From assembly GCA_030390025.1 (NCBI GenBank), contig CM059432.1, forward strand, positions 59,088,001 to 59,152,000: 64,000 bases of DNA. The letters run 5' to 3'. This document shows, piece by piece, positions 11,957-24,816 of this stretch. Each line of letters begins with the position of its first letter. Position 1 is the stretch's first letter. The notes beneath the pieces were generated by a model. That model was not told the origin of the DNA. It did no database searches and saw nothing but the letters and a program-made list of their open reading frames with translations. This stretch comes from Squalus acanthias (lineage: Eukaryota). Position numbers and translations under genes: made by a program.

Positions 11957-14900
11957 AGGATCATAGAAATGTACGACACAGAAGGAGGCCACTGTGTCTG
12001 CGCCGGTCGAAAAAGAGCTACAGGCTAATCCCACTTTCCAGCTCTTGGTCCGTACCCTTGCAGTTTACGGCACCTCAAGTGCATATCCAAGCACTTATTA
12101 AATGTGATGAGGGTTTCTGCCTCTACCACCCTTTCAGGCAGTGAGATCCCCACCCCCACCACCCTCTGGGTGAAAGAAATTCTCAACTCCCCTCTAATCC
12201 TTCTACCAATTACTTTAAATCTATGCCCCCTGGTTATTGACCTCTTTGCTAAGGGAAATAGGTCATAGAAACATAGAAGATAGGAGCAGGAGTAGGCCAT
12301 TCGGCCCCTCGAGCCTGCTCCGCCATTCGATGAGATCATGGCTGATCATCCAAACTCAGTACCCTGTACCTGCCTTCTCCCCATATCCCTTGATACCTTT
12401 AGCTTTAAGAAATATATCTAACTCATTCTTGAATATATTTAATGACTTGGCCTCAACTACCTTCTGTGGTAGAGAATTCCATAGGTTCACCACTCTCTGG
12501 GTGAAGAAATTCTTCCTCATTTCTGTCCTAAATGGCTTACCCCTGATCCTTAGATTATGACCCCTGGTTCTGGACTCTCCGACCATCGGAAACATTCTTC
12601 CTGCATCTAGTTTGTCCAGACCTGTCAGAATTTTATATGTTTCGATGAGATCCCCTCTCATTCTTCTATACTCCAGCGAGTATAAGCCCAATCGACCCAA
12701 TCTCTCCTCATATGTCATTCCTGCCATCCCAGGTATCAGCCTTGTGAATCTTCGCTGAACTCCTTCCATGGCAAGAACATCCTTCCTCAGATAAGGTGAC
12801 CAAAACTGCACACAGTACTCAAGGTGTGGTCTTACCAAGGCCCTGTACAACTGCAGCAGGACATCCCTGTTCCTATACTCAAACCCTTTCGCTATGAAGG
12901 CCAACATACCATTTGCCTTCTTCACCACCTGCTGCACCTGCATGCTTACCTTCAGCGACTGGTGCACAAGGACACCCAGGTCTCGTTGCACTTCCCCTTC
13001 TCCCAATCTATTGCCATTCAGATAATAATCTGCCTTTCTGTTTTTGACACCAAAGTGGATAACCTCGCATTTATCCACGTTATATTGCATCTGCCATGCT
13101 TCTTCCCACTCACCCAACCTGTCCAAATCATCCTGGAGTTTCTCAGTATCCTCCACGGAGCACACACGCCCACCCAGCTTTGTGTCATCTGCAAACTTGG
13201 AGATATTACATTTAGTTCCCTTATCCAGATCATTAATGTATATTGTGAATAGCTGGGGTCCAAGGACCGAACCTTGCGGTACCCCACTAGTCGCTGCCTG
13301 CCACTCGGAAAAAGACCCATTAATTCCTACTCTCTGCTTTCTGTCCGCCAACCAGTTCTCTATCCAAGTCAATACCTTGCCCCCAATCCCATGTGCCTTA
13401 ACTTTACCCGCTAATCTCTTATGCGGGACCTTATCGAAAGCCTTTTGAAAGTCCAAATACACCACATCTACTGGTTCTCCCTTATCTATTTTCCCAGTTA
13501 CATCCTCAAAAAATTCCAGTAGATTAGTCAAGCACGATTTACCTTTTGTAAAACCATGTTGACTTTGTCCGATCCTGTCACTGTTTTTCAAATGCTCAGC
13601 TATTACACCCTTTATAATGGACTCTAGCATTTTCCCCACTACCGATGTCAGGCTTACCGGTCTGTAATTCCCTGCTTTCTCTCTACCACCCTTTTTGAAT
13701 AGTGGGGTAACATTAGCTACCCTCCAATCCATGGGTACAGTTCCAGATTCCATCGAATGTTGGAAGATGATCAGCAATGCATCTACTATTTCTAGGGCCA
13801 CTTCCTTAAGTACCCTAGGATGTAGATTATCAGGCCCTGGGGATTTATCGGCCTTCAAGCCCGTCAATTTCCCTAACACCATTTCCCTGCAAATACTGAT
13901 TTCTTTCAGTTCCTCCCTTTCATCAGACCCTATGTTCTCCAACATCTCTGGGAGGTTATTTGTGTCCTCCTTTGTGAAGACAGAACCAAAATATGCATTT
14001 AATTGGTCTGCCATTTCTTTGTTTCCCATTATAACTTCCCCCGCTTCTGACTGCAAGGGACCTACACTTGATTTCACTAATCTTTTTCTCTTCACATATC
14101 TATAAAAGCTCTTACAGTCAGTTTTTATGTTCCCTGAAAGCTTACTTTCATATTCTATTTTCCCCTTCTTAATTAATCCCTTTGTCCTCCTTTGTTGAAT
14201 CCTAAACTGCTCCCAATCCTCAGGGTTACTGCTTTTTCTGGCCAATTTATATGCCCTCTCCTTGGATCTTATGCTATCCCAAATTTCCCTTGTTAACCAC
14301 GGTTGAGTCACCCTTTTTGTTTTATTCTTATGCCACACTGGGATGAACAAATTCTGCAGTTCATCCATGCAGTCTTTGAATGTTTGCCATTGCCTATCCA
14401 CCGTCAACCCTTTGAGTGACATTCCCCAATCAATCCTACCCAATTCGCGCCTCATACCATCGTAGTTTCCTTTATTTAAATTCAGGACCCTAGTCTCTGA
14501 TTCAACTACTTCACTCTCCATCCTAATGAAGAATTCTATCATATTATGATCACTCTGATCCAAGGGGCCTCGTACAACAAGATTGCTAATTAATCCTTTC
14601 TCGTTACATAATACCCAGTCTAAGATGGCCTGATCTCTGGTTGGTTCCTCGACATATTGTTCCAGAAAACTATCCCGTAAACATTCTAGGAATTCCTCCT
14701 CCACAGTATTTTTACTAATTTGGTTAGCCCAATCTATATGTAAATTAAAGTCACCCATGATGACTGCTGTGCCCTTACTGCATGCTTCTCTAATTTCCCT
14801 TTTAATGCCGTCCCCAAACTCCGTATTACTGTTTGGAGGTCTATATACAACTCCCACTAACGTTTTCTGCCCCTTGTTATTTCTCAGTTCTACCCATACA

Positions 14901-16399
14901 GATTCTGCATCATCAGAGCTAATATCCTTCCTTTCAGTTGTGTTAATCCCCTCTTTAACCAGCAATGCTACCCCACCTCCCTTTCTTTTTTGCCTATCTT
15001 TCCTAAATATTGAATACCCCTGGATGTTGAGTTCCCAGCCTTGGCCACCCTGGAGCCATGTTTCTGTAATCCCAATCAAATCGTAGTCATTTACCTCTAT
15101 TTGCGCAGCTAATTCATCCACCTTGTTCCGAATGCTCCTTGCATTAAGACTTCCTATCCACTCTATCTAGGCACCTAATAATTTTATACACCTCAATTAA
15201 GTCTCCCCTCAGCCTCCTCTGTTCCATAGAAAACAACCCCAGCCTATCCAATTCTTCCTCATAGCTAAAATTCTCCAGTCATGAAACATCCTCATAAATC
15301 TCCTCTGTACCCTCGCTAGTGCAATCACATCTTTCCTGTAATGTGGTGACCAGAACTGTACACAGTACTCTAGCTGTGGCCTAACTAGTGTTTTATACAG
15401 TTCAAGCGTAATCTCATTGCTCTTATATTCTATGCCTCGACTAATAAAGGAAACTACGCCTTCTTAACTACCTTATCTACCTGTCCTGCTACCTTCAGGG
15501 ATCTGCGGACATGCACTCCAAGGTCCCTCTGTTCCTCTACATTTCTCAGTATCTTACCATTTATTGTGTATTCCCTTGCCTTGTTAGCCCTCCCCAAATG
15601 CATTACCTCACACTTCTCCAGATTGAATTCCATTTGCCACTTTTCTGCCCACCTGACCAGTCCATTGATATCTTCCTGCAGTCTTCAGCTACTTCTTCAC
15701 TATCAACCACATGGTCAATTTTTGTATCATCTGCAAACGTCTTAATCATGCCCCCCACATTGAAGACTAAATCATTGATATATACCACAAAAAGCAAGGG
15801 ACCTGGTACTGAACCCTGCAGAACCCCACTGGAAACAGCTTTCCAGTCACAAAAACACACATCGACCGTTACCCTTTGCTTCCAGCCACTGAGCCAATTT
15901 TGGATCCAACTTGCCACTTTCCCTTGGATCCCATGGGCTTTTACTTTTTTGACCAACCTGCCATGTGGTACTTTGTCAAAGGTCTTGCTAAAGTCCATGT
16001 AGACTACATCAAATGCACTACCCTCATCAACCCTTCTCGTTACCTCTTCAAAAAATTCAATCAAGTTAATCAGACATGACCTTCCCTTAACAAATCCATG
16101 CTGACTGTCCTTGATTAATCCGTGATTTTCTAAATGATGATTTATACTCAGAATTTTTTCCACTAATTTTCCCACCACCGAGGTTAGGCTGACTGGCCTG
16201 TAATTACTCGGTCTATCGCTTTCTCCCTTTTTAAACAATGGCACAATGTTAGCAGAACTCCAGTCCTCTGGCACCACACCTGTAGCCAGAGAGGATTGGA
16301 ACAATATGGTCAGAGCCTCCGCTATTTCCTCCCTTGCCTCTCTTAATAGCCTGCAATACATTTCATCCGGGCCTGGCAATTTATCTACTTTCAAAGATC
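11957..16399 (-). mobile_element. CR1 LINE nested in the older CR1; itself split into 11957-12263 and 15151-16399
   Basis: RT ORF 15603-16463 and C-terminal ORF near 12025-12260; TSD TTGTTAT at 11950-11956 and 16400-16406. Confidence 0.85.
12264..15150 (-). mobile_element. Young CR1 LINE with an uninterrupted ORF2 (AP endonuclease plus RT); ORF1 absent
   Basis: 921-aa ORF 12356-15121, open upstream to LNARSIRNK. Motifs ITETW, GDFN, SDH, QGSVLGP, FADD. (TTCTATGT)n tail. Confidence 0.95.
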
Positions 16400-17039
16400 T
16401 TGTTATGATCCGGAATGCACTGCCTGAAAGGGTGGTGGCTGCAGGTTCAATAATAACTTTCAAAAGGGAATTGGATAAATACTTGAAAAGGGAATATTTG
16501 TTGGGTTATGGGGAAAGAGCCGGGGAATAGGACTAATTGGATAGCTCTTTCAAAGAGCCGGCACAGGCACGATGGACCGAATGGCCTCCTTCTGTGCTGT
16601 AAGATTCAGTGATTCTAAGACAGCTGAAGGCTCTGCAACCAAAGGCCGAGCAGGAGTGGAAGGCAGGTTCCAGAATTAAGGAGGGGAGATGGAGTGATTT
16701 GCAGATGAGGAGAATCACTTTAGAATAAATTGAGAGAGCAGTACTACAGAGTCACAGGTTTATACTAATAAAAGGCAAATTCAGGACCGATAACGGGAAG
16801 CTTTTCTTCACATAAGGAGCGATCAACACATGGAATGGACTCCCAAATAGACTAATGGAGGTGAAAACCCTGTCATTGTTTAAGCAGTTGGATGCTGCAA
16901 AGGTCATGGATGAATGAGCTGAATCGCTTTCTTCATCTGTAATTATCTTGTAATTGTGTGATCTTGTAAAAAGTATTTTGAAGTCAATGCATTCAGGGAT
17001 AAAAAGATAATAAAGATTGGTGAGAATAGAGGTGATGGG

Positions 17040-17721
17040 GAGAGAGTGAAATACGAGGAATACGACCCCAACCCTCCGCGCACGCACCCGCGGCCTTTTT
17101 TACGGCGGTGGATATCGAGATGTCCGAGTGCCCTGTCGTGGAGACGCGCAGCATTAATTAACATTTAAATTGGGCTCCCACAGTGCAATTGGGAGCCCGA
17201 TTTAAAATTTACTGTTGCTGCGCGGGTTTCCCAGGGGTCGGGAAACCCAGCAATGAAAGGCGGGAGCTGCTGGCTCCACAAGGTAAATGCCTCTTTAACA
17301 CTCCTTGTGGACCAGGAGTGCTCCCCCCAGCCCTCAAGGAAGCCTTTGGTTCCCCCAGCCCCGGTTGCCAGCCTCTGCCCCAACCCCGAGCGCTGGCCTC
17401 CCCCCCAGCCACGATTGCCGATCTTGCCCCAGCCCTTCTGATCGTAGGCCTCTCCCCCCTCCCGATCGCGGGCCTCTACAACTTCACGATTTCCGGGGAC
17501 CGTCCCCAAGGTCCCCGGCTGCGGCCTCTTGCTGCTGGTGTACCCTCCAGCCCGCCAGCCAGGCTGTCCATTTGGCCGGATGCTGGGCAGGAAACGGAGT
17601 TAAAATATGTTAGAGGTTCTGCCGTTAAGTTCGGCAGGCCCTCGCATCCATAGCCTTGCCGGGTTCTTTGCCTATTTTCAGCTCACCTACACCCTCCCTG
17701 CCTCTCTGAAATATTGGGGCC
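17040..17721. mobile_element. GC-rich non-autonomous Harbinger-like element, left end uncertain
   Basis: Right end AAATATTGGGGCC resembles the other TIRs and the left end at 62961 (GGCCCAATATTT); CpG-rich body. Confidence 0.5.
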
Positions 17722-18540
17722 TTAGTCTAGGATAGGATGCAGGAAGCACAGTTTTAGGCAAGTTTCAGTTTGTGAAGGACAGAACTTGGGGAAGTGAAGT
17801 AATTGAATCTGGAAGTGACAACGGCGTTTCAGTGGTGGGGTTTGAAGTATGGGTGGAGGTGGGCGATTTTGTAGAGGTGACATTTTGGTTTTGATAGCAG
17901 CTAGGATGTGGTGTTTGAAGTCCAGATCAGCATCAAACAAGATCATGTACCATTGAGCTCAGCCTGAGTGAGCTGCCAGGGAGAGGGATGGAGTTGTGGG
18001 CTAAGGTGTAGAGTTTTTGGCAGAAGTCGAACAAGGTGGCTGCAGTCTTGCTGCATTTGAGTTTAAGGAAGTTTGTTCATCCAAGACTCAATGAGGGTAA
18101 TTTTCACTGTTGGCGATTTCAATATAAAGAAAAAGTAGCAGGGTGTTTAACGGGCAGCTGATCTGCAACCACCACTTTTCCACCCGTGCAGAAAGTGAAA
18201 ATGACTTCCAATGGCAGCTAAGCAGTCAGATAGCACAGTGGGCGCTGAGGAGTCTAAGGTTGGAAGGTAAGAGGGAGAGCTGGGTGTCATCAGTATACCT
18301 GTGAAATTTGACCCCATGATGAGAAAATCAAATGAGAGATGTAGGTCGTGAACTGTGTATTCTATTTCTGAACTCTAGGCCTGACCAGATGGTCTTTTCT
18401 GGTTCTGTATATTCCTATGTTCCTATGAATAACATTGCCGAGAACAGTATGTAGTTAAGGAAATAAAGAAGGCCAAGGATGGAGCTTTGGGGTATATCTG
18501 AGGTGAACGTGTGGGTTGGGAGGAGAAACCATCACAGGAG
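17722..18540 (-). mobile_element. Highly degraded L2 fragments
   Basis: Patchy similarity to the L2 at 3130-5180; gagctgggtgtcatcagtata is a reverse-strand Y(A/T)DDTQL remnant. Confidence 0.5.
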
Positions 18541-18544
18541 GCGT

Positions 18545-19250
18545 GCATCAACCTCAATTTTTCCAGGACTCCTTGGTCGAATGCTGCCTTGATGTTGAGA
18601 GCAGTTAGTCTCTTTCATAGTCCTTTATGAATTTAGCTCATGTCCATGACTGATGAAGGCTGTAATGAGGTCTGAAGCAGTGTGTATCTGGCAGACCTTG
18701 AACTGAGCATCAGTGAGCAGGTTATTGGTGAATAGGTGTCACTTGATGGCTCTATTGATGACTTCCTCCATCATTTTGCTGATGATTGGGAGGATGGTAA
18801 TGCTATCCTACTTTTTTTTTTTAGATGGGGCATACTTGGCCAATTTTCCACATTGCTGGGTAAATGCCAGGATCATAGCTGTAACTGAAAAGCTCGGCTA
18901 GCGAGGCGCTAGTTCTGGTGTGCAAGTCCTCAGTACTACAGCTGGGATGTTGTCCAGGCCCACAGCCTTCACTATGTCCAGTGCACTCAGTTGCTTCTTA
19001 ATGAACCAAATTGGCTGGACACTGACATCTATGATGATGGGGAATTCGAGAGGAGGCCAATTTGGATCATCCACATAGCACTTTTGTCTGAAAATACTTG
19101 TCAACACTTCAGCCTTGTCTCTTGCACTCATGCTGGACTCCACCATGGTTGAGGATGGAGCCTCCTCCTCCCATTAGTTGCTTGATTGTCGAGCTCCATT
19201 CTCAACTGGATGTGGAGGGCTGTAGAACTTTGTTCTGATTTCATTGGAAC
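18545..19250 (-). mobile_element. Degraded copy of the second LINE lineage (see 39976-43133)
   Basis: KAVGLDNIPAVVLRTCTPELA is homologous to 41400-41750. Confidence 0.7.
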
Positions 19251-20079
19251 AGGTAGGAGTGGAATCAAGCTAAGGCAGTATAAGGGAGCTGGACATGGAG
19301 GAGAGATAGTGGAGGAGATCGAGTGATCAACTCTGTTGAACACCGCGGAGTTCGTGGAGGATGAACAAGGATGGTGTGCTGCAGTCACACTCACAATGAG
19401 CTGTGTGAGTGTGACTCATTGATAATTCTCCAATTTCCTCCCCTCTCTCCTCCCTACAGTGAGATTAGGAACTTGGAAGTGTGCGTTCATGGGTGTGAGC
19501 CTATATATCCCATTATTCTGTGATGAACACATTGGAACCCAACACACAGTGCTTTTGTGCCACCTTAATTTATTTATTGTTGATTAAATATTCAATGAGC
19601 AGGTCAGATGTGCAATTTAGATGTCTGCTTGAGCAGAGTCAAATAACTTCCCCTGAATCTCACTGGGAAAGAGAGATTCCTCACCTGTCAGTTCAAATCA
19701 GATATGAAATACATATTGACTGAACCAGACAAAACAAACAATTGCTGCAGGTCTAATTATTATATCTAAAAGAAAATTATAATTGCGATCACTCTGATTT
19801 TAATTTCATTCTTTTCCCTTCTTGGAAAATAAGTAACTATCCTGCAGTTCTGCTATTGTAAAGTTAGCGTTTGGCAACTAGAGCAGTGATTATTCTTGAG
19901 CTATGTACAAAGCTCTTGAGATGGCTTTCCCTATTTCTTCCAGATGACCAGCCTGAGGCTGAAAAAGGTTGCTTTGCAGGGGAAAGTCCATATGTGTCAA
20001 TTGATACTAGGATTTAAACTCAAAGGACTCGGCACTTTGCAACACTAATTATCATCTATTTGCCCAGATGAAGGGAGGT

Positions 20080-23000
20080 GGGGGGAGGATTTGAACCTTA
20101 CCCACCCGGCAGGCCTGAGTTAAGATGCCGTTGGGGTCCGATTGATGCCATCGGGCCCTGATTAGCATATTTGAGAAGAAACCCATCAGCTTCAGCCGGC
20201 TGCTCAGAAGAACAGGTTAAAATTGGTCAGGTGGCTTTGCAGCGGGTAAGTAACCTGGGGCATTTTAACTGCCCACCCGTCCGATTTCATAGTTCCAATG
20301 GTATGCTGTATAATGAGTGCTCGAGCGCAGTGCCTGCTGCCCGCCCAGTTACCACAGCAAACCAAAATCGAGCCCTGTGGATTTAGCTCCCACACATCAG
20401 GCCATCAATGAGAAGGGAGCAGCACTAAATCCTTTAAATCAACTGTGGACCTGAATTAGGAGCCAGTTAAGCACCGGAGATAATACTGGGAAAGAGAAGA
20501 TAGCTGACTAATTAACAGATTACTGTAGATTTGGATATTATTGACAGAAAAGTCAGGAGATGCATAACCTTCCGCAAGGACTCAGGGAGAGAAGGCAGCA
20601 CTTGAAGGGATTGATGGCCATGTCTTCCTCCCCAGAGGTGCCGGAGCATCAGGCATAGGAGGAGATAGGTTAATGCTAGCAATACCAATCGCATACCAGT
20701 CTCCAATGTGACTAATTCATATGCAGAGCCTCCCAATGGATAACCCTGGGATGTCTAGGGCCAACAGAATCCCAGCAGTAAAACACTGCAGCCAGACAGC
20801 ACACTTACTCTTATTACAGATTAATTATTTTGAAGGAGTGGTAGGTTAGGTATCACACAGCAGAAACAACGTACAAGCACCAAGGGACATGACTGTGGCA
20901 AAGTCACTGACAGTTCATACAATCAACTTATTCAAGAAATTCTATGTACCTGATTTGTACATTCTGCTGAGAATGTCTTTGTAATTGTGCAGAATAATGC
21001 AGCACAACATCAAATGATGGGCATTGATGGTGATGGAGGAAGTGCTGAGGACGATGTCGCTGAAGGTATTTTGGGCCAGTTTCTTTGGTACTTCTAAATG
21101 AATCTGGCACATCAGTATTCCAGGCTGAACTAATATTTCTGGAACTACTTCCTTGTTGTCAATGTTTGTGTCTTGCTCTGGCCTTGATTTCAGATTGTCT
21201 TTCTTCTCCTACATGGTTAGACCCTTTTATATAGCAAAGTTGTGAAGCATGCAGCAGACATTGATGACCTTGAAAAAGCTGGGGAATTGGGGATATACTG
21301 TAAGGTGCCCCCAATTTGGTGAGACATTGGAAGCACCATTTCAAAATATCAATGATATGCTGCATACTGATCTTTCTGTTTGCATGGGGTTGTTGCATCT
21401 GCTCTCTGATGTCCATGGCTGGTATTAGGGTAGTGGCCAGTACTGAAAAGTGTAGCTTTGCTCTCCCAAGAACCATCCTTGCAGTCTGCCTACCCCATCA
21501 AATAAGGGTAACACAGATCATTGTTGCAAAATAAATGCATCACATAAGCTGTGAAGGAAATGGGCATTGACCTCCATAATTCTGCTCTGGTAGTCCAGAC
21601 CTGCTCGATATTCAGTTCACTCCTTTCTGTTCATAGATGCTGCAACAATATGGGCAGGGGCCCAAATGATTACATGGGTGCAACCAATCACATCCTCTGT
21701 GCTTGTGGAAAGCCAGCAGTGCATTGGAATTGTATTGCTCGCACACATTGCTGTTGTTGGTTAGTGGCAAAAGTAATAAACTCTATGGGGGAGAAATTCA
21801 GTATCGCCCCATTTGGGGCGCAATTATCGGCCGGGCGCAAAGATTAGCGCCTGGCGCTAATTATCGCCACCGACTGCAAACTTGACTTTTATCGCCCCTG
21901 GAGGTGATTGGAGCGCTAAATCAGGCGCTTCACACCTGTCTTAAGGCGCAAAGGCCGAGGAGCGAGGCGCTACCTCAGAGCGCTGGCGAAGCTCATGTAA
22001 TGTCAGTCAGCAATGGAACACACACACAATGGCATGGGCCAGGTCTTAAAGGGGATGGTTAATCTCACTTTCCATCCACATCCTGCTAATTGCAGCCTTG
22101 AATCTCGGCCTGGAGAGACCTGCACATCAAATCTGCTGGAAAGAACAATGGAGAGTACCAGGCAAAGAGCTCAGAGTGCAGCCCCCACAGTCTCTTCTAA
22201 ATCGATACAAGGAATGGCAAATCAAAATGAACCTGCAAAGTGCTGCTCAGTACCCAAAACTCCTTCACACAACGTTGAAACTCTCCAGAAGTCTCTCTCT
22301 CTCTCAGAATGCGTAGTTCAAAAATGGCACCAACAATAAAAGGCAGGAAGCGGTCACCTTTAAATAGCGCTCCCCCTTACCCTTCATGACTGCAGAACGC
22401 TCCACTCAAACTGTCGTTGCTAGCGTCAGGCGGTAAGGCAGGGGGCGCCACTCAATATCCGCTCCGGGGCGATACTGGGGCGTTGCGCACTCGACTGATG
22501 TCACGATCTGCCGGCGCAGGAGATCGTGGCGGTAGTGTTTAGCGCCGCCGCAAAATGTCTAGTTAATTTCACGAGCGGCGCAAACTTCACTGCGCCTGGG
22601 CGCTAGATGCTTTGCGCCCTATTAGCGCCCTCTTAAGGCGCTAACGGGAGGCGCAACCAACTGAATTTTTCCCCCTTTGGCTCTCCTGAATAAAGCATCA
22701 GTCAGCTCCTTGGTCTATCTGTGGACAGTGAGCTGGGTAACACTGTAGATGTCTCCAGTGCTAGCCTGGAAGGAACTGGAAGCTTTAAAATTGAGGGTCA
22801 CAGTGACCTTGACTATCATTGGCAGTACTGTCTGGAAAGTTGGTTGGAGGTCTTCTTGTAATAGATGGCACAGCTCAATCACTGACTGCTTGCTAAACCA
22901 TAGCCTCCTAAGGCCATGCTCTTCACTAAATTTCAGGTAGGTGTTCCTGGGATAGTACAATCAATGGGTGGCACAGAAGCAGGCCTTTGGTGCCAACTGA

Positions 23001-23886
23001 TATCTTTAGCAAGCCATTCCTAAGCCAAATGTAGGAGAACATTGAAAGCAATGTCTACATAGCAACCTTCTGTCACAAACAGCAAAGTTGTCAGGTTCCC
23101 CACTGCTGCAAAAACACAATGATTTTTCGGGACTACGGCGCGATTCAGATGATGCCTCTGCTACCAACACCCGAGTTATGTGTCTGGAAGAAATGCATTG
23201 CATCTGTGATGTGCAACATAGTAACATTTCAGGCAGGAGAAGAGCTTTTGTCCATCTAGCCCACCTATCCACGGTATTTGCTTCATGCAAGCTGAGGAAT
23301 ATTGGCCGAATTGGGGTACTATCCCGGAGTAGAACACGCTGCACGTGCCTAATGAGGCTGGCAGCAGAACCATGGCAAATTCATCTGCTGGTCTCATTTG
23401 CTTGTTACTGAGGAGCTGCAGGCACCAGTCACAGCCCCAGAGGCAGCCTGCAGGTCCCGGGGGAAGCAAAATCGGCCAGCTCAGGTCGTTAAGAGAATCT
23501 GGGAGGGGGGTAGGCAATCAGGAGAGGGGTGAGAGGTGGCCGGCAGTGACCCGTGGATTTAATGTGGATAAGTAATTAATATGGTAAGTAAAAATATTAA
23601 AATGTACCTTTAAGGACCGATGGTTTGGATGTCAAGCGCTTGCAGTTGCAAACCAATTTTGCAATGAGGGCCTGAAACAGACCTTAGGCCCTCTATTCTC
23701 ATATGCAAAGGATCTAAGCCTGTTTCAGACGCCTGCACTGGATGCCTACAGAAGAGCCTTTACCAATATGGCAGGCAGCACACTTCTGGTGCGGAATGAG
23801 CATGTGCATGCTGCCCGCCATATTGAACCCTTAGGCGCCCATTTTAAACCTGTAAAACACCTATAGCATCATCGAATTTCTGGGCC
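20080..23886 (-). mobile_element. Heavily decayed PIF/Harbinger element; left boundary approximate
   Basis: HARBI1-like remnants at 22680-22960 (FSKQSVIELCHLLQEDLQP...KVTVTLNF) and 21200-21550 (DAFIL, GWFLG, FQCL); right end GAATTTCTGGGCC. Confidence 0.6.
21787..22675 (+). mobile_element. Harbinger-derived MITE, GGCGC-rich family, copy 1
   Basis: TIRs GGGGGAGAAATTCAGT / ACTGAATTTTTCCCCC (15/16); flanks TAT/TTT; homologous to 43283-44175. Confidence 0.88.
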
Positions 23887-24789
23887 ACAGTTTGCTCTCC
23901 CTTAACCAGCAATTATGCCAGTATTAATCTTATTAATCATTCTTACGTCCTGATTACATACCTTAGTAAACAGACAGCACTGTTCAGTGACAGCCAAGAA
24001 TACCATAACGCTCCTTCCATGCTAGCGCTGGGGACAGCTGCAATGTTACCCAGTTCACTGCTCACAGATAAATACATCACAGAAATGCTGATGCTATATC
24101 TAAGAGAGTCAAGCACTTTAATACTTTTGCCACTGCTACCAGCAATATAGACTACAGTGGTTGGCAATGCTAAGCTACACTCCTGAATTTGTTGCTGCTA
24201 CTTCTCTCCCAATTATTATTAACTTTGGTATACTCTGCTCCTTCCTTGGATATTCTGCACTTTACTCCTGTGGAAATAGTAAACATAGAAATTCCTCCCA
24301 CTATAATATTTAACTCATAGCTACCCACAATAAAATTTCCCCCCCAAAGTGTACATGATAATATTATTTGATGTGTACATTTCTAATTCACCATCTGTTA
24401 TTATATTAAAAATCTTGTGTATGTTTGCATGTCCTGCCCACATAAACATCTCCTGTTTGATGTGAACATTCAACATTGAAAATGCCTTTATAATCAGATT
24501 CAGACAATCAGAATTTCCTATGTAAACAGGGCCCAGTAACACTATAGTTGCAGGCTGTAGCTGCTAGATTGCATTGTGGGTCCACTGTATCATGCACCAC
24601 GATTGACTCACTGTGAGCAACAATGCGGGAAATTTATTTGTTTTTCTTAGAAATTAAAAATCAAAGAGAAGCTAAAGAAATGACCCGAAAGAACCCAAGC
24701 CCTGTAATTAGCAGTCTTCCTTTAAGCAGCTTCTATATATTTTCATGAATTACATATTAAAAATGAAAAAGAGAAAAACATCAACAAAC

Positions 24790-24816
24790 CTGGCAGCTTC
24801 ATCCCCTTGATGTTTT
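24790..24816 (-). CDS. KCNQ3: KCNQ3 27-nt micro-exon (exon 9 equivalent)
   Basis: Pyrimidine tract, then aag|AAAACATCAAGGGGATGAAGCTGCCAG|gtttgt. Phase 2/2 gives (R)KHQGDEAA(S), which aligns with mammalian RKEQLEAAS. Confidence 0.8.

Larger units (their letters stand above)
9030..16620 (+). mobile_element. Old CR1 LINE (ORF1 esterase end plus ORF2 remnants), split into 9030-11956 and 16400-16620 by nested insertions
   Basis: EN/RT fragments (GVYYRPPN, YMDFQKAF, RPQLEYC); host sequence resumes after the TTGTTAT duplication. Confidence 0.85.

Noticed and set aside
12824..15086. Plus-strand ORFs overlapping CR1 ORF2, recurring in several copies
   Set aside because: Antisense shadows of the RT coding sequence; no independent evidence.
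22013..22339. Conserved small protein (MEHTHNG…, repeated at 43509)
   Set aside because: The similarity reflects two copies of one MITE; the reading frames diverge downstream.
1..24789. Next KCNQ3 exon (SQKLGL…)
   Set aside because: Not found by eye; probably left of the window. A TBLASTN search would settle it.
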